From: Akkermansia sp.
GTDB lineage: Bacteria > Verrucomicrobiota > Verrucomicrobiia > Verrucomicrobiales > Akkermansiaceae
Assembly: GCA_017504805.1 (NCBI GenBank)
Contig: JAFVQN010000136.1
Location: forward strand, 4,890-68,889
Length of the DNA: 64,000 nucleotides
Direction of reading: 5' to 3'
Positions 53,184-64,000 of this stretch are shown here, piece after piece. Every line of letters begins with the position of its first letter. Position 1 is the stretch's first letter. A model generated the notes under the pieces. It saw nothing but the letters and a program-made list of their open reading frames with translations. It was not told the DNA's origin and did not search any database. Made by a program: the position numbers and the translations under genes.

Positions 53184-54788
53184 ATGACAAATATCATGAA
53201 AAATTTATCGATGGCCGGTGATTATCCGGGGTCGAGAATCAAGGGCGGGACCAGTATCATGCTCGGGGTGTCCCTCGTGGGCCTTCTGGGCTTGTGCTTC
53301 ATAGCCGGATCTGTGGCCAGTGATGTATCAAACGCGTCTTTCCGCATCTGCTGGATTGTGCTTACATTCCTGGGTCTGCTGCTGCTTGCCTATATGTCGA
53401 GGCTGACGCTTCAGCTCACGGTGCGGCGCTCTCTGCTGCTGGTGTGCATGATTGTTGCCCAGATGCTCATCATGACCGGGGTATGCTCGCTCAAGGGAAT
53501 GGTGCCTGGGTACAGCATGCAGGGGCAGATGCTGCTGTGGCTGCCCTACGCACTGGCGCCTACGGTGCTTGCGGTGATGATAGGCCGTCGTCTGGGAGCG
53601 TTTACGGCTTTGTGTTGCACCATTTTCGGCATTGCTTTGTTCCCGTCCAAGACGGATTCCTCCATTATCCTGAATTACAGTGCAGTCAGTTTCCTGACCG
53701 GGACGGTGTGTGCGCTTGTGTCCGGTCGGGTGCATAAGCGTGAGCAGATTCTGCGCGCCGGTTTTGTGGCCAGCGCCATTGCCTTTGCTTCTGTATATCT
53801 GCTGGTGGGGCTGGAAGTTGCCGGAACCGGAGCGGCAGCCTCACTGCGCGGCCTGAAGGGCGGCTTCACCCTCAGCAGTTTTGCCGTGGAACTGTCAGTG
53901 ACCGTGGGGGTGAATTTCATTCTTGCAGCTTTGATAGGTGGCATGATGCCTGCTCTGGAACGCCTGTTCAATATCTCAACGCCTATCACATGGCTGGAGT
54001 GGGCAGATATGAACCATCCGCTTCTCAAAAAACTGCAGATTGTAGCCCCGGGTACGTTCCACCACAGTCTGGTGGTCCAACGCTTGTCTGAGGCGGGGGC
54101 AGAGGCCATCGGGGCGGATGTCACGCGCGCTGGTGTGTGCGGCCTGTATCATGATATCGGCAAGCTGGTCAATCCTCAGTATTTTGCCGAGAATATAGCA
54201 GACCAGACCAATTCGCCGCACGCCGATCTGACTCCGGAAGCAAGTGCCCGCATCATCACCGGACACGTGACCGAGGGTGTGGCTCTGGCAGAAGCGCATG
54301 GGCTTAATAATCGCATCGTCAATGTCATTCGTGAGCATCACGGCGTGTCGTCTGCCTACTTCTTCTACCGCAAAGCGCTGGACCACTATGAGGAGGAAAA
54401 GAGTAAATTCGAGGAGGGGCTTATTGATAGCTGTCCTGCCGAGGTGGATAAGGCTATCTTCACCTATAAAGGTCCCATCCCCCAGACTCGCGAAAGCGGC
54501 ATTGTGAGTATGGCTGATGCCGTGGAGAGCGCTACGCGCTCGCTCCAGCATCCCACGGAGGATGATATACGCAACATGATTAACGGGATTTTCAAAGGCC
54601 GCATTCTGGATGGCCACCTGCAGGACTGCGGCCTGACGCTGGGTGAGATTGAACAGCTGAAGGAATCCTTCTTCGCCACCATCCGCACTATGCATCATAA
54701 CCGCATTGCCTACCCCAAGCCCAAGGCAGATGATGCCACGGCAGCGGTTATTGAGCTGCGCAAGGCGGAAAATAAGCAGGACTCGTAA
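53184..54788 (+). CDS. 7TM-HD phosphohydrolase (PgpH-like)
   Basis: Multiple TM, APGTFHHS, YHDIGK, EHHG, MADAVESA, HNRIAYP. Confidence 0.88.
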   Translation: MTNIMKNLSMAGDYPGSRIKGGTSIMLGVSLVGLLGLCFIAGSVASDVSNASFRICWIVLTFLGLLLLAYMSRLTLQLTVRRSLLLVCMIVAQMLIMTGVCSLKGMVPGYSMQGQMLLWLPYALAPTVLAVMIGRRLGAFTALCCTIFGIALFPSKTDSSIILNYSAVSFLTGTVCALVSGRVHKREQILRAGFVASAIAFASVYLLVGLEVAGTGAAASLRGLKGGFTLSSFAVELSVTVGVNFILAALIGGMMPALERLFNISTPITWLEWADMNHPLLKKLQIVAPGTFHHSLVVQRLSEAGAEAIGADVTRAGVCGLYHDIGKLVNPQYFAENIADQTNSPHADLTPEASARIITGHVTEGVALAEAHGLNNRIVNVIREHHGVSSAYFFYRKALDHYEEEKSKFEEGLIDSCPAEVDKAIFTYKGPIPQTRESGIVSMADAVESATRSLQHPTEDDIRNMINGIFKGRILDGHLQDCGLTLGEIEQLKESFFATIRTMHHNRIAYPKPKADDATAAVIELRKAENKQDS

Positions 54789-55702
54789 TGAAACGGCATA
54801 TACGCAGTATTTCCATGATTGTGGCCTTCCTGGTGGGAGGCCTCTTTCACAAGTATCTGGCTCCTCTGGGGGCTTACCTGCCGGCGAGTGTGGCGCTGAT
54901 GCTCAGCATCACGTTCATCGGTATCGAAACGGCGCGCCTGAAACCCCGGAAGATGCACTTGTGGGTGCTGCTGGGGATTCAGCTTATTGGCATGGGCTTC
55001 TGGGGAGCTGCCCGCCTGCTGGGGTATCCGGTGCTGGCTGAGTCGCTGTTTTTCTGCGGTATCGCCCCTGTGGCGATTGCTGCTCCTGTCATCGTGAATC
55101 TGCTCAAGGGTAATGTGGAGTTTACTACTACGGCTCTGGTGCTCAGCCAGATGGTGTTTGGTCTGGTGACTCCGCTGCTGATGCCGTTTGTTGTGCAGGT
55201 AGAGGGATTCTGCTACACGGAACTGGCAGCGGAGGTGGCTGTTCAGCTGGGAACGGTGCTGGGGATTCCGTCTCTTGTCGCCATAATCATGCGCCTGGTG
55301 TATCCGCCCTGCAAGTCCTGGACCGCTAAGCTGCGTGATGTTTCGCTGGGTATCTGGATCATCAACCTGACGATTATAGCTGGTGTGGGCACTCAACGCG
55401 TGCTGGAAATGGAAGTCGGCTGGCTGGACATGCTGCCGCTGGTTGCGGGCTCGCTTGTGGTCTGTGTCACCGGTTTTGTGGCTGGCTACAGACTCGGGGG
55501 CAGGGAGCTCAAGCGCGAGTGCTCACAGTGTATGGGACAGAAGAATACCATCCTCACACTTTATATCGCCAGCCAGTGGTATGTGCATCCTCTGGCCTAT
55601 ATCGGACCGGCGTTTTACGTGTTTTTTCACAATATAGCGAATGCTCTCCAGATCGCCCTTGCAAACAGGGAAAAGTCCAGGGGGACGGTTGCTGGTCGGT
55701 GA
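54788..55702 (+). CDS. Bile acid:sodium symporter-like transporter
   Basis: About 9-10 TM, APVAIAAPVI..GNVEF, QCMGQKNT. Confidence 0.8.
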   Translation: MKRHIRSISMIVAFLVGGLFHKYLAPLGAYLPASVALMLSITFIGIETARLKPRKMHLWVLLGIQLIGMGFWGAARLLGYPVLAESLFFCGIAPVAIAAPVIVNLLKGNVEFTTTALVLSQMVFGLVTPLLMPFVVQVEGFCYTELAAEVAVQLGTVLGIPSLVAIIMRLVYPPCKSWTAKLRDVSLGIWIINLTIIAGVGTQRVLEMEVGWLDMLPLVAGSLVVCVTGFVAGYRLGGRELKRECSQCMGQKNTILTLYIASQWYVHPLAYIGPAFYVFFHNIANALQIALANREKSRGTVAGR

Positions 55703-55713
55703 GGTGCCGGAGT

Positions 55714-55734
55714 CCGCCCGGGGAGAGTGGGCGG
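55714..55734. terminator. Hairpin between symporter and rnpB
   Basis: CCGCCC...GGGCGG. Confidence 0.5.
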
Positions 55735-55735
55735 T

Positions 55736-56126
55736 GTGCGGTCCGGGTCCTGTAAGCCAGATTCTGTCCACCCGCGGTGAGGCGGGCTGTGTGGCCATTT
55801 TTCTCACGCCTGTTGCCAGACGAGCCCCGCGTTTATAGCGGGGTGCAACTAATACCCGGGAATACAGCGGGCAGGCTACCCTTTCCCTGTTTGTCTTGCA
55901 TCGCGCGGGGTTTTCCGTGCCTCCGTCGTTACCTTCGGAGCGGTGGGCTCTTACCCCACCTTTTCACCCTTACCCTTGCGGGCGGTTTGTTTTCTGTGGC
56001 ACTATCCGTCCACCCGGCATTGGCTCCGGGTGTCTCCTGCTTTCACAGGACGCGCTGCCTTATGATGTCCGGACTTTCCTCTGTGGGATTGAATACCCGC
56101 AGCGACCACCCGGACCCGGACTGCAC
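55736..56126 (-). ncRNA. rnpB: RNase P RNA (type A)
   Basis: Minus strand has GAGGAAAGTCCGG, AGTGCCACAGAAA, GGTAAGGGTGAAAAGGTGGGGTAAGAG, ACAGAATCTGGCTTA; complementary termini; TTGCCA-17-TACTCT promoter just upstream. Confidence 0.96.
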
Positions 56127-56220
56127 GCGCTGAGAGTACACCGAACGCCGCTACTTGGCAAGCCAAATCAGCTGAATCGGCTTGATTTTCATGCGTGGAT
56201 GCCGTAGAATACTCCCCGTT

Positions 56221-57381
56221 ATGAAGAAACGCGTGGTCATTCTCGGCTCTACCGGCAGCATCGGCACCAGTGCACTCAAAGTGGCGCGGGATATTCCGGA
56301 ACGCATGGAGGTGGTAGCGCTGGCGGCTCACAGCAATGTGCAGAAACTGGCCGGACAGGCCCGCGAGTTCGGTGTGCAGCATGTCTGCATCTATGATAGC
56401 AGCAAGGCGACTGAGCTGCGGCGACTGCTGCCTGCCGGTGTGCAGGTGTACACCGGGCTGGAGGGCCTTTGCCAGCTGGCTACGCTGGAGGGAGCAGATA
56501 TGGTGCTGGTCTCCATTATCGGCACGGATGGTTTGAAACCCACGCTGGAGGCCATTGAGGCCGGGAAAGACCTGGCCATAGCCTCCAAGGAGATTCTGGT
56601 GATGGCCGGTGAAGTGGTGATGAACCGCGCCAAGGTCAAAGGAATCAACGTGCTGCCGGTGGATAGTGAGCACAATGCTATCTACCAGTGTCTGCAGGGT
56701 AACCATGGTGGTGCAGGCCAGGTGAACCGCCTGATTCTTACGGCCAGTGGTGGCCCCTTCCGCAATACGCCCCGCGAGCAGTTGTCGGCGGTGACCCTGG
56801 AGCAGGCGCTGAAGCACCCCACCTGGCAGATGGGGCGCAAGATTACCATCGACAGCGCTACGATGTTCAACAAGGGACTGGAAATGATTGAGGCCCGCTG
56901 GCTTTTCGATATTCCGATGGAGCGAGTGGATGTGATTGTGCACCCGCAGAGTATTGTGCATTCACTGGTGGAGTTCTGCGATGGCTCTATCCTGGCCCAG
57001 CTGAGCAGCAGTGATATGTGTTTCCCCATTCAGTATGCAGTGACCTGGCCGGATCGACTGCCGAATTCGCTGCCGCACCTGGACTTGGCACAGATTGCCA
57101 GCCTGAAGTTCGAAGCCCCGCGCTGGGTTGATTTCCCCGCACTGACCCTGGCCCGCCAGGCCGGGCTCACTGGCGGCACCATGCCCGCCATGTATAACGC
57201 AGCCAACGAGGTGGCCGTGCAGGCCTTTGTGGATGGCAAGCTTTCGTTCCCCGGTATCTGGGAAACGGTAGAGAAGGTGCTTTCTAATGCCCGTCCCCGC
57301 GATTACCAAGGCCAGCTTCCCATCATTCTCGAAGATGACGCCTGGGCTCGCGAGGAAGCTATGAACATACTGATGTATTAA
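56221..57381 (+). CDS. dxr: 1-deoxy-D-xylulose 5-phosphate reductoisomerase
   Basis: LGSTGSIG, LPVDSEH, HPTWQMGRKITIDSATM, NAANE. Confidence 0.97.
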   Translation: MKKRVVILGSTGSIGTSALKVARDIPERMEVVALAAHSNVQKLAGQAREFGVQHVCIYDSSKATELRRLLPAGVQVYTGLEGLCQLATLEGADMVLVSIIGTDGLKPTLEAIEAGKDLAIASKEILVMAGEVVMNRAKVKGINVLPVDSEHNAIYQCLQGNHGGAGQVNRLILTASGGPFRNTPREQLSAVTLEQALKHPTWQMGRKITIDSATMFNKGLEMIEARWLFDIPMERVDVIVHPQSIVHSLVEFCDGSILAQLSSSDMCFPIQYAVTWPDRLPNSLPHLDLAQIASLKFEAPRWVDFPALTLARQAGLTGGTMPAMYNAANEVAVQAFVDGKLSFPGIWETVEKVLSNARPRDYQGQLPIILEDDAWAREEAMNILMY

Positions 57382-58547
57382 ATATTCTTAAGAATATTGC
57401 AGATTCGCTTGCAAGCCAATCCATCGCCATATGGATTGTTAGCCAGACTCATCCGCGCATACGATGCTGCGGAATCGAGCAGGTCAGATATTCCCTGAAT
57501 GATTGCAGCCTTATCCGTGCCGACAAGTTTGACCGTACCTGCAACAACCGCTTCCGGGCGTTCTGTTGTATCTCTCATCACTAGTACAGGTTTGCCCAGC
57601 CCCGGAGCTTCTTCCTGTATACCTCCGCTGTCTGTAAGAACAATATGAGATTTAGAAAGAAGATACACAAAGCTCAGATACTCGAGGGGTTCCGTAAAGA
57701 ATACATTCTGGAGCGAATGCGCAGATGTACCAAAGACCTGCTGAATCGGCTGACGCACATTTGGGTTCATGTGCATAGGATATAGGAAATCAACATCAGG
57801 ATATTTCTCGCCCAATTCTTTAATTGCTTCACATATAGAGATGAATCCTGCACCAAAATTTTCTCTTCTATGCCCCGTAATGAGAATCAGCTTGCGATTA
57901 GCCATTGTGAGGCGGCTAACGTCATATCCAGATTTAAGAATTGTCTGAACCACCTTAAGCTCTGTGGCTTCTGAAGAAGTCAGCCTTTCTCTGACATGGA
58001 GCAGGGCATCAATTACAGTATTGCCAGTTACATGCACGGAACTCTCCAGCACTTTCTCTTGGAGTAAATTATCCTTGCTTTTTTCCGTAGGCGCAAAGTG
58101 GAATGAAGCAATACGACCTGTTATTTGCCTATTCATTTCCTCAGGCCAGGGGCTATATGGGTTATTTGTTCTTAACCCTGCCTCAACGTGGCCTACTGGA
58201 ATTTGCTGATAAAACGCAGCCAGAGCAGCTGCCATACTGGTTGTAGTATCGCCATGCACCAGAACCATATCTGGTTTTACTTCTTTTAAGATTGGCTCCA
58301 GTTCCGTCAGAACACTCGCTGTAATTGAGTATAAGGTTTGTCCGGATTTCATGATATTGAGATCATAATCCGGCGTAATTTCAAAAATGGATAACACCTG
58401 ATCAAGCATTTCTCTATGCTGACCAGTTACACATACAATCGTTTCGAAGTCTTTATTCTCAGCCTGAAGGCACCTTACAAGAGGCGCCATCTTAATGGCC
58501 TCGGGACGAGTGCCGAATACTAGCATTATTTTTTTCTTCACGTTCAT
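57378..58547 (-). CDS. wecB: UDP-N-acetylglucosamine 2-epimerase (non-hydrolysing), low GC
   Basis: FGTRPEAIKMAP, HGDTTT, GHVEAGLRT, TDSGGIQEEAP, NPYGDG. Confidence 0.96.
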   Translation of the reverse strand: MNVKKKIMLVFGTRPEAIKMAPLVRCLQAENKDFETIVCVTGQHREMLDQVLSIFEITPDYDLNIMKSGQTLYSITASVLTELEPILKEVKPDMVLVHGDTTTSMAAALAAFYQQIPVGHVEAGLRTNNPYSPWPEEMNRQITGRIASFHFAPTEKSKDNLLQEKVLESSVHVTGNTVIDALLHVRERLTSSEATELKVVQTILKSGYDVSRLTMANRKLILITGHRRENFGAGFISICEAIKELGEKYPDVDFLYPMHMNPNVRQPIQQVFGTSAHSLQNVFFTEPLEYLSFVYLLSKSHIVLTDSGGIQEEAPGLGKPVLVMRDTTERPEAVVAGTVKLVGTDKAAIIQGISDLLDSAASYARMSLANNPYGDGLACKRICNILKNI

Positions 58548-59650
58548 TTGCGCGTATTCCAGTTAGTGATTACTTGTTTGTATGCCAGCAATGTAAGTTC
58601 TGCCGTCCATTGCCATGAAAATCTTTCATACCCTGCCGCTTCTTCAACGGTCAGACGGCCTTTTTCCCACCCGTTCAGCACCGCTTCTCTTATGGATTTC
58701 TGAGAAAAGGGGGAAAGATACTCCGCACTGATGCCATAATACTCCTTCGTTCCACCGTAGTGTGTGATGATGGGTCTGGCTCCCATTGCCGCCGCCTCAA
58801 TCATAGCAATCCCCGGAGTTTCACAATCTGAAGCAAGAACAGCTATTTTTGCGTGTCGTAATACAGCCCAGTATTCATCATCCATATAACTCCTGTGCCC
58901 AATGAAATGCATGTTCTGATTAGCCCTCTTTCTGCATTCCTGGTAGTACTCTTCGTACTCACGTTGAGGTTGTCCCATGAATACAACGGGATAATCGCTA
59001 TCCCTTAAAGCCTTAATAAAAGCAAGTTGATTCTTACGGCGAGCAAAGACGCCAGGGTAAACGATGTAATCAGATTCCGGTACGCATGCCGGTCTTGGTA
59101 GATTCCACGCATGAGACGGAACTTCGATTGCATTCGGAACCGGATAGCACAGTGCATGTTCTGCTAACGCATATGTCTGTCTGAATACTTCTCCTTCACT
59201 CCAGGAGTTTGGGAGAATGCCTGCGCACCATTGCTGAATATCCTGCCTCTTGTATCCGGTAATTCTTCTGGCTATGTACTCAAGGCTTCTGAGAAGCCGC
59301 CTTGGAGAATCGCCATTCCGAACGCAAATTAATTCGCGGAAACAATTATTCCAATACACCGTGGAAAGCATTACGGGCAGCTTGGCAAGGGCGCAGGATA
59401 TAGTATCAGGTATGCGATGATGGAACAGCGTAAATATATGTGCTACATCGAAAATCTTATGTAAATCTTGCCACTCTAATCTGTCACCAGCCTCGGATAT
59501 TAACTCAAAATCCTGGTTGTAAAACGCACATACCAGATTAACTCCTGCTAATTTTTTCAAATGTACAGTTGTCTTACGCATCTGAGTTGCATCACCAGTA
59601 AATCCGTCACTGGAAAAAAAACGCTGAGGGCCGATAGCAATGATATTCAT
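58544..59650 (-). CDS. GT4 glycosyltransferase, low GC
   Basis: GDATQMRKT, RRKNQL, ETPGIAMIEAAAMG, FSWQ. Confidence 0.88.
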   Translation of the reverse strand: MNIIAIGPQRFFSSDGFTGDATQMRKTTVHLKKLAGVNLVCAFYNQDFELISEAGDRLEWQDLHKIFDVAHIFTLFHHRIPDTISCALAKLPVMLSTVYWNNCFRELICVRNGDSPRRLLRSLEYIARRITGYKRQDIQQWCAGILPNSWSEGEVFRQTYALAEHALCYPVPNAIEVPSHAWNLPRPACVPESDYIVYPGVFARRKNQLAFIKALRDSDYPVVFMGQPQREYEEYYQECRKRANQNMHFIGHRSYMDDEYWAVLRHAKIAVLASDCETPGIAMIEAAAMGARPIITHYGGTKEYYGISAEYLSPFSQKSIREAVLNGWEKGRLTVEEAAGYERFSWQWTAELTLLAYKQVITNWNTRK

Positions 59651-60687
59651 ACTTTTTGGGTCAGTAGACGATACAATGATAACATAAAGGCGAAAAGAGG
59701 CATTGGCAGGCAACGCAGGTAATGAAACAAACCTTTTCTTGCGAAGCGTTTGTTTACCTGTATTCTGTATAATATCCCGCGCTTCCAATAATCCTTCAAT
59801 ATTTCATTTTTACTGATTAATTCTGCAATGTTGTTAAGTAATTTTTCGCCTTTTGATTTATTACTACAGAAATATGAAGTTAATGCTGCTTGAGTTTCCC
59901 GCAGAGGTGGGAGAATGATAGTATGATATTTAGTATTGAATTTTTCCAAGGCGATAATGGCTGCGTAATTTCGCTGACCATTATCCCCTGCGCAGCTCAT
60001 ATTTCCGCTTTGTCTCCGTATGTACGCGCATTCTGTATCAATATCAATACAATCTCCCAATGCTATAGCTCGATAGTTAGTGATGACATCATCAACGTAA
60101 TAGCCACTAACGGGCAATTCGCCAAAAAGCTCATGTTTATAGCATTTTGTGGCCCATGCCTGGTGAAGACAATTAGGCAGGTTGAACAAAGACATTGTAG
60201 TTTCTGTGGAATCTGAGTCCAACACTCGAGACGCTGGCATCTTCTGACTCTGCGCCTGAGAAATTCGTAAGATTTCCTCTTCCTCCTGGTCGTAAAAAAT
60301 CCTGAATCTGGCATAGACGCTTGTCGCTTGCGGATGTCGGGAGATTGCTTCTCCAATAATACTGCATCTGCTTACATGAGAAATATCATCATCGTCAGCC
60401 CGGATGACCCAGTCGCTTTCCACGAATTGCACCGCGTGGTTCGTGTTGCCGGCCAGGTGGAGGTTGCGGGGTGTCTGGGTGACGACTACGCGGCGATTGC
60501 CCTTGTAGGCAGCCACACACTCTTTGATGATTTCGAAGGTGCGGTCGGTGGAGCAGTCATCGGAAAAGATGTACTCCAGTTCGCCCTCGTAGTCCTGCGC
60601 AAAGGCGCTTTCGATAGCGGCGCGGATGTACTTCTCCCGGTTGTGGGAGAGAAGCACGTAGGAAAGCTTGGGCAGGGAGGAGGACAT
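59647..60687 (-). CDS. GT2 glycosyltransferase (compositionally chimeric)
   Basis: SHNREKYIRAAIES..QDY, SDDCSTD, ADDDD. Confidence 0.92.
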   Translation of the reverse strand: MSSSLPKLSYVLLSHNREKYIRAAIESAFAQDYEGELEYIFSDDCSTDRTFEIIKECVAAYKGNRRVVVTQTPRNLHLAGNTNHAVQFVESDWVIRADDDDISHVSRCSIIGEAISRHPQATSVYARFRIFYDQEEEEILRISQAQSQKMPASRVLDSDSTETTMSLFNLPNCLHQAWATKCYKHELFGELPVSGYYVDDVITNYRAIALGDCIDIDTECAYIRRQSGNMSCAGDNGQRNYAAIIALEKFNTKYHTIILPPLRETQAALTSYFCSNKSKGEKLLNNIAELISKNEILKDYWKRGILYRIQVNKRFARKGLFHYLRCLPMPLFAFMLSLYRLLTQKV

Positions 60688-60698
60688 AAAATGCAAAA

Positions 60699-60727
60699 GA
60701 GCCGCCCCGGGGTTGGCGGAGCGGCTC
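60699..60727 (-). terminator. Probable terminator after argG
   Basis: GAGCCGC...GCGGCTC with an adjacent A-run on the plus strand. Confidence 0.6.
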
Positions 60728-60741
60728 CGTATAAGATTCGT

Positions 60742-62025
<1,284 letters not shown>

Positions 62026-62129
62026 TTTCTTATCACAGAGCGCAGCGGTTACACCTGCGCACGTGGGTATTATACATCGCAGCCCAGCTGGATGAAAGCA
62101 AAAACTAGCACCTTGACGCAGATTGTCTG

Positions 62130-64000
62130 TTATTTCCCTTTGCTGATGCGTTTCAGCCCCCAGGCGGCCATGAGAACTGGCGCCATCCCCATCAGGAAAA
62201 GGTAAACGGCATTTCTCCAGATAGTAGATATGGAGTTTTCGTCTGTTTCCTGGTCAATTATGCCGAAGGGGCGAGCCTGGCGTGGGGCGAGGAAGAAGCC
62301 GCGATGTTCGTTTGTACGGCCGTCCTTACGTGCGGTTTTGACACCTTCGCTCAGAGTCGTCAATTTGCGGTTGGAGAAGTAGAACTCTGCCGGCAGGTCA
62401 TGTGGGGTGGTTTCCCGCTCGTCCTGCTCATCGAGCACCTGGTCGAGGAATTCCTCATTGCCAGTGGCAGCGGCTTTGTTGACTCGGCGCAGGATTTCCT
62501 TAGCCTCGTACACATTGGCCGCCATGCCGTTGAAAGCAAGGGCCGCGCGTTGAATAAACCGGAGTTCCTCCGTAGAACCGCTCTCCTTGTACTGCTCACG
62601 CAATTCGTTGACACGTCCGGTCTGGAGTTCCCAGAGATTTTCCGTGGTCTGCACGACAAAAAGCATTTCAAAAGCGTAGCGCAGGGGACAGAACTCTGCA
62701 ATCAGCGGTACGGGTTTACTGGTAATCTCGTGCGTGTTTTCATCCTGATATGCTACTCGGTGGCGCAGATTGGCCAGTCTGGTTTTGACGGCATCCGGCA
62801 GAATTTTGTCAGGTATGCGCGGGCTGAATTCGTTCATTTCCTCAAATCGCACCAAAGCTCCGGCCAGCAGAATCTGGGGCACCAGCAGCAGCGGTACAAT
62901 GTTGAGAGCTGTGCGGTCTGAACGCACAAAGGCAGAAACCATCAGCGACATGGCAATGCCGACGAATGCTGTAAGCAGCATCACGCCGAAATGCTCCCAG
63001 AACATGTAGTGAATGCCCAGGATGGCATTGCCTACCAGCAGATAAAGCGCACACTGCAAACCTGCAATGGCGGTCAGTACCAGCACCTTGGCCGTGAGAT
63101 AACCACCAATGAACAGGCGGTAATTGCTTTCTCTCCTCAGCAGGGGGCGGTCTCGCAGAATCTCGCAGGCGGCATCTGTCAGCCCGAAAAACATGGCCAG
63201 CACGAGCGAGAGGAACAAGTATTCCGTTATGTGGAGTGATTTGTAGAATGTGTAGGGCGCCTCGGATGAGGCTCGCAAGGTGCCGGCAATGAGCGCTGCA
63301 AGAACAGGACCTTCCATCAGCATGGCATAAAGACCAAGGCGGCTGCGCATACGAGCCAGCAAGGTGCGGCTTACCCAGAGCATGAAAAGACGCCAGAGTT
63401 CCATCGGTGTACGGGGCCTGGCTTTGGGAATCGAACGCTGCTGCGCGGAGTCCGTCTCCTCGTTGATAGCGTCTGCTGCTTTGTTGGCGTACGAGAGTTT
63501 TTCAAACCGTTCCTGCCATAAATTGGCGTTTTCGTGGGCTCGGACGCCTATGCTGCGAAATGGAGCATCCAGAACCTCAAATACGTAGTCAGCGCCCCCT
63601 GCAGCAATGGCTTCCGGGGGAATCCGCAGATGCAAATCCCGCGCCGCCGTGCGGAAATAGGTCATCATATCCTGCGGAGAGCCCCAGAAGGCCATCTGAC
63701 CGTGCGTATCAAGAACCATGACCTTCTTGAAACGGTTGAGCAGTACCTGTGCCGGCCGGTGCAGGGTGCAGATGAGCAGGCGCCCGTGTGACATGTATTC
63801 CAGCGTTTCAATGACGCGCTCCGCATCACCGGAAGAAAGCCCACTGATGGGTTCATCGATGAGGAATACTTCCGATGTGCCGGTCAGGTCAAGCCCAAGG
63901 TTGAGACGTGTACGCTCTCCATCGGAAATGGTACGCTCTCCCGCCCTGCCGACATGGCGGTCGGCGAGATGACCGATGCCGACGAAGTTCAGTACCGTGG
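62130..64000 (-). CDS. ABCG-type transporter (ATPase + permease), 5' truncated by window
   Basis: Frame continues upstream of the listed ORF: [28 protein letters not shown]; TM domain with LVPQILLAG. Confidence 0.88.
   Translation of the reverse strand, partial: TVLNFVGIGHLADRHVGRAGERTISDGERTRLNLGLDLTGTSEVFLIDEPISGLSSGDAERVIETLEYMSHGRLLICTLHRPAQVLLNRFKKVMVLDTHGQMAFWGSPQDMMTYFRTAARDLHLRIPPEAIAAGGADYVFEVLDAPFRSIGVRAHENANLWQERFEKLSYANKAADAINEETDSAQQRSIPKARPRTPMELWRLFMLWVSRTLLARMRSRLGLYAMLMEGPVLAALIAGTLRASSEAPYTFYKSLHITEYLFLSLVLAMFFGLTDAACEILRDRPLLRRESNYRLFIGGYLTAKVLVLTAIAGLQCALYLLVGNAILGIHYMFWEHFGVMLLTAFVGIAMSLMVSAFVRSDRTALNIVPLLLVPQILLAGALVRFEEMNEFSPRIPDKILPDAVKTRLANLRHRVAYQDENTHEITSKPVPLIAEFCPLRYAFEMLFVVQTTENLWELQTGRVNELREQYKESGSTEELRFIQRAALAFNGMAANVYEAKEILRRVNKAAATGNEEFLDQVLDEQDERETTPHDLPAEFYFSNRKLTTLSEGVKTARKDGRTNEHRGFFLAPRQARPFGIIDQETDENSISTIWRNAVYLFLMGMAPVLMAAWGLKRISKGK

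Noticed and set aside
55777-56207. ORFs 55777-56133 and 55896-56207
   Set aside because: They overlap the RNase P RNA gene on the opposite strand

Overview
Gene-dense bacterial chromosomal segment, moderately GC-rich and mostly housekeeping. The gene set (RpiB-GlyA fusion, LpxL-GT9 fusion, secreted GH2, lpxD/skp, PyrB/PyrC' pair) suggests an Akkermansia-like Verrucomicrobiota gut organism; this is inference, not a database result. It holds about 53 CDS (lysC, murJ, lpxD, skp, nadE, pyrB, purE, ligA, thiC, fabH, glyA, recJ, dprA, nadC, metG, dnaE, dxr, wecB, argG and others) and the RNase P RNA gene. I saw no rRNA, tRNA, CRISPR array or intact prophage. Most notable: (1) an intact, solitary podovirus-type tail tubular protein B/nozzle-like gene (12757-15246) among housekeeping genes with a host-style promoter, a candidate piece of a domesticated, dispersed phage-derived particle system; (2) a lone tyrosine recombinase tightly bracketed by a 9-bp direct repeat that overlaps a 14-bp palindrome; (3) a low-GC glycan cassette whose boundary falls inside a GT2 gene at its DxD motif; (4) several intact genes that have lost catalytic residues (a GT4 paralog, the NadE glutaminase domain, an OYE, PyrC', a serpin); (5) an unlisted 54-aa His-rich lipoprotein next to a His/Pro-rich secreted protein; (6) widespread promoters placed almost on the start codon.
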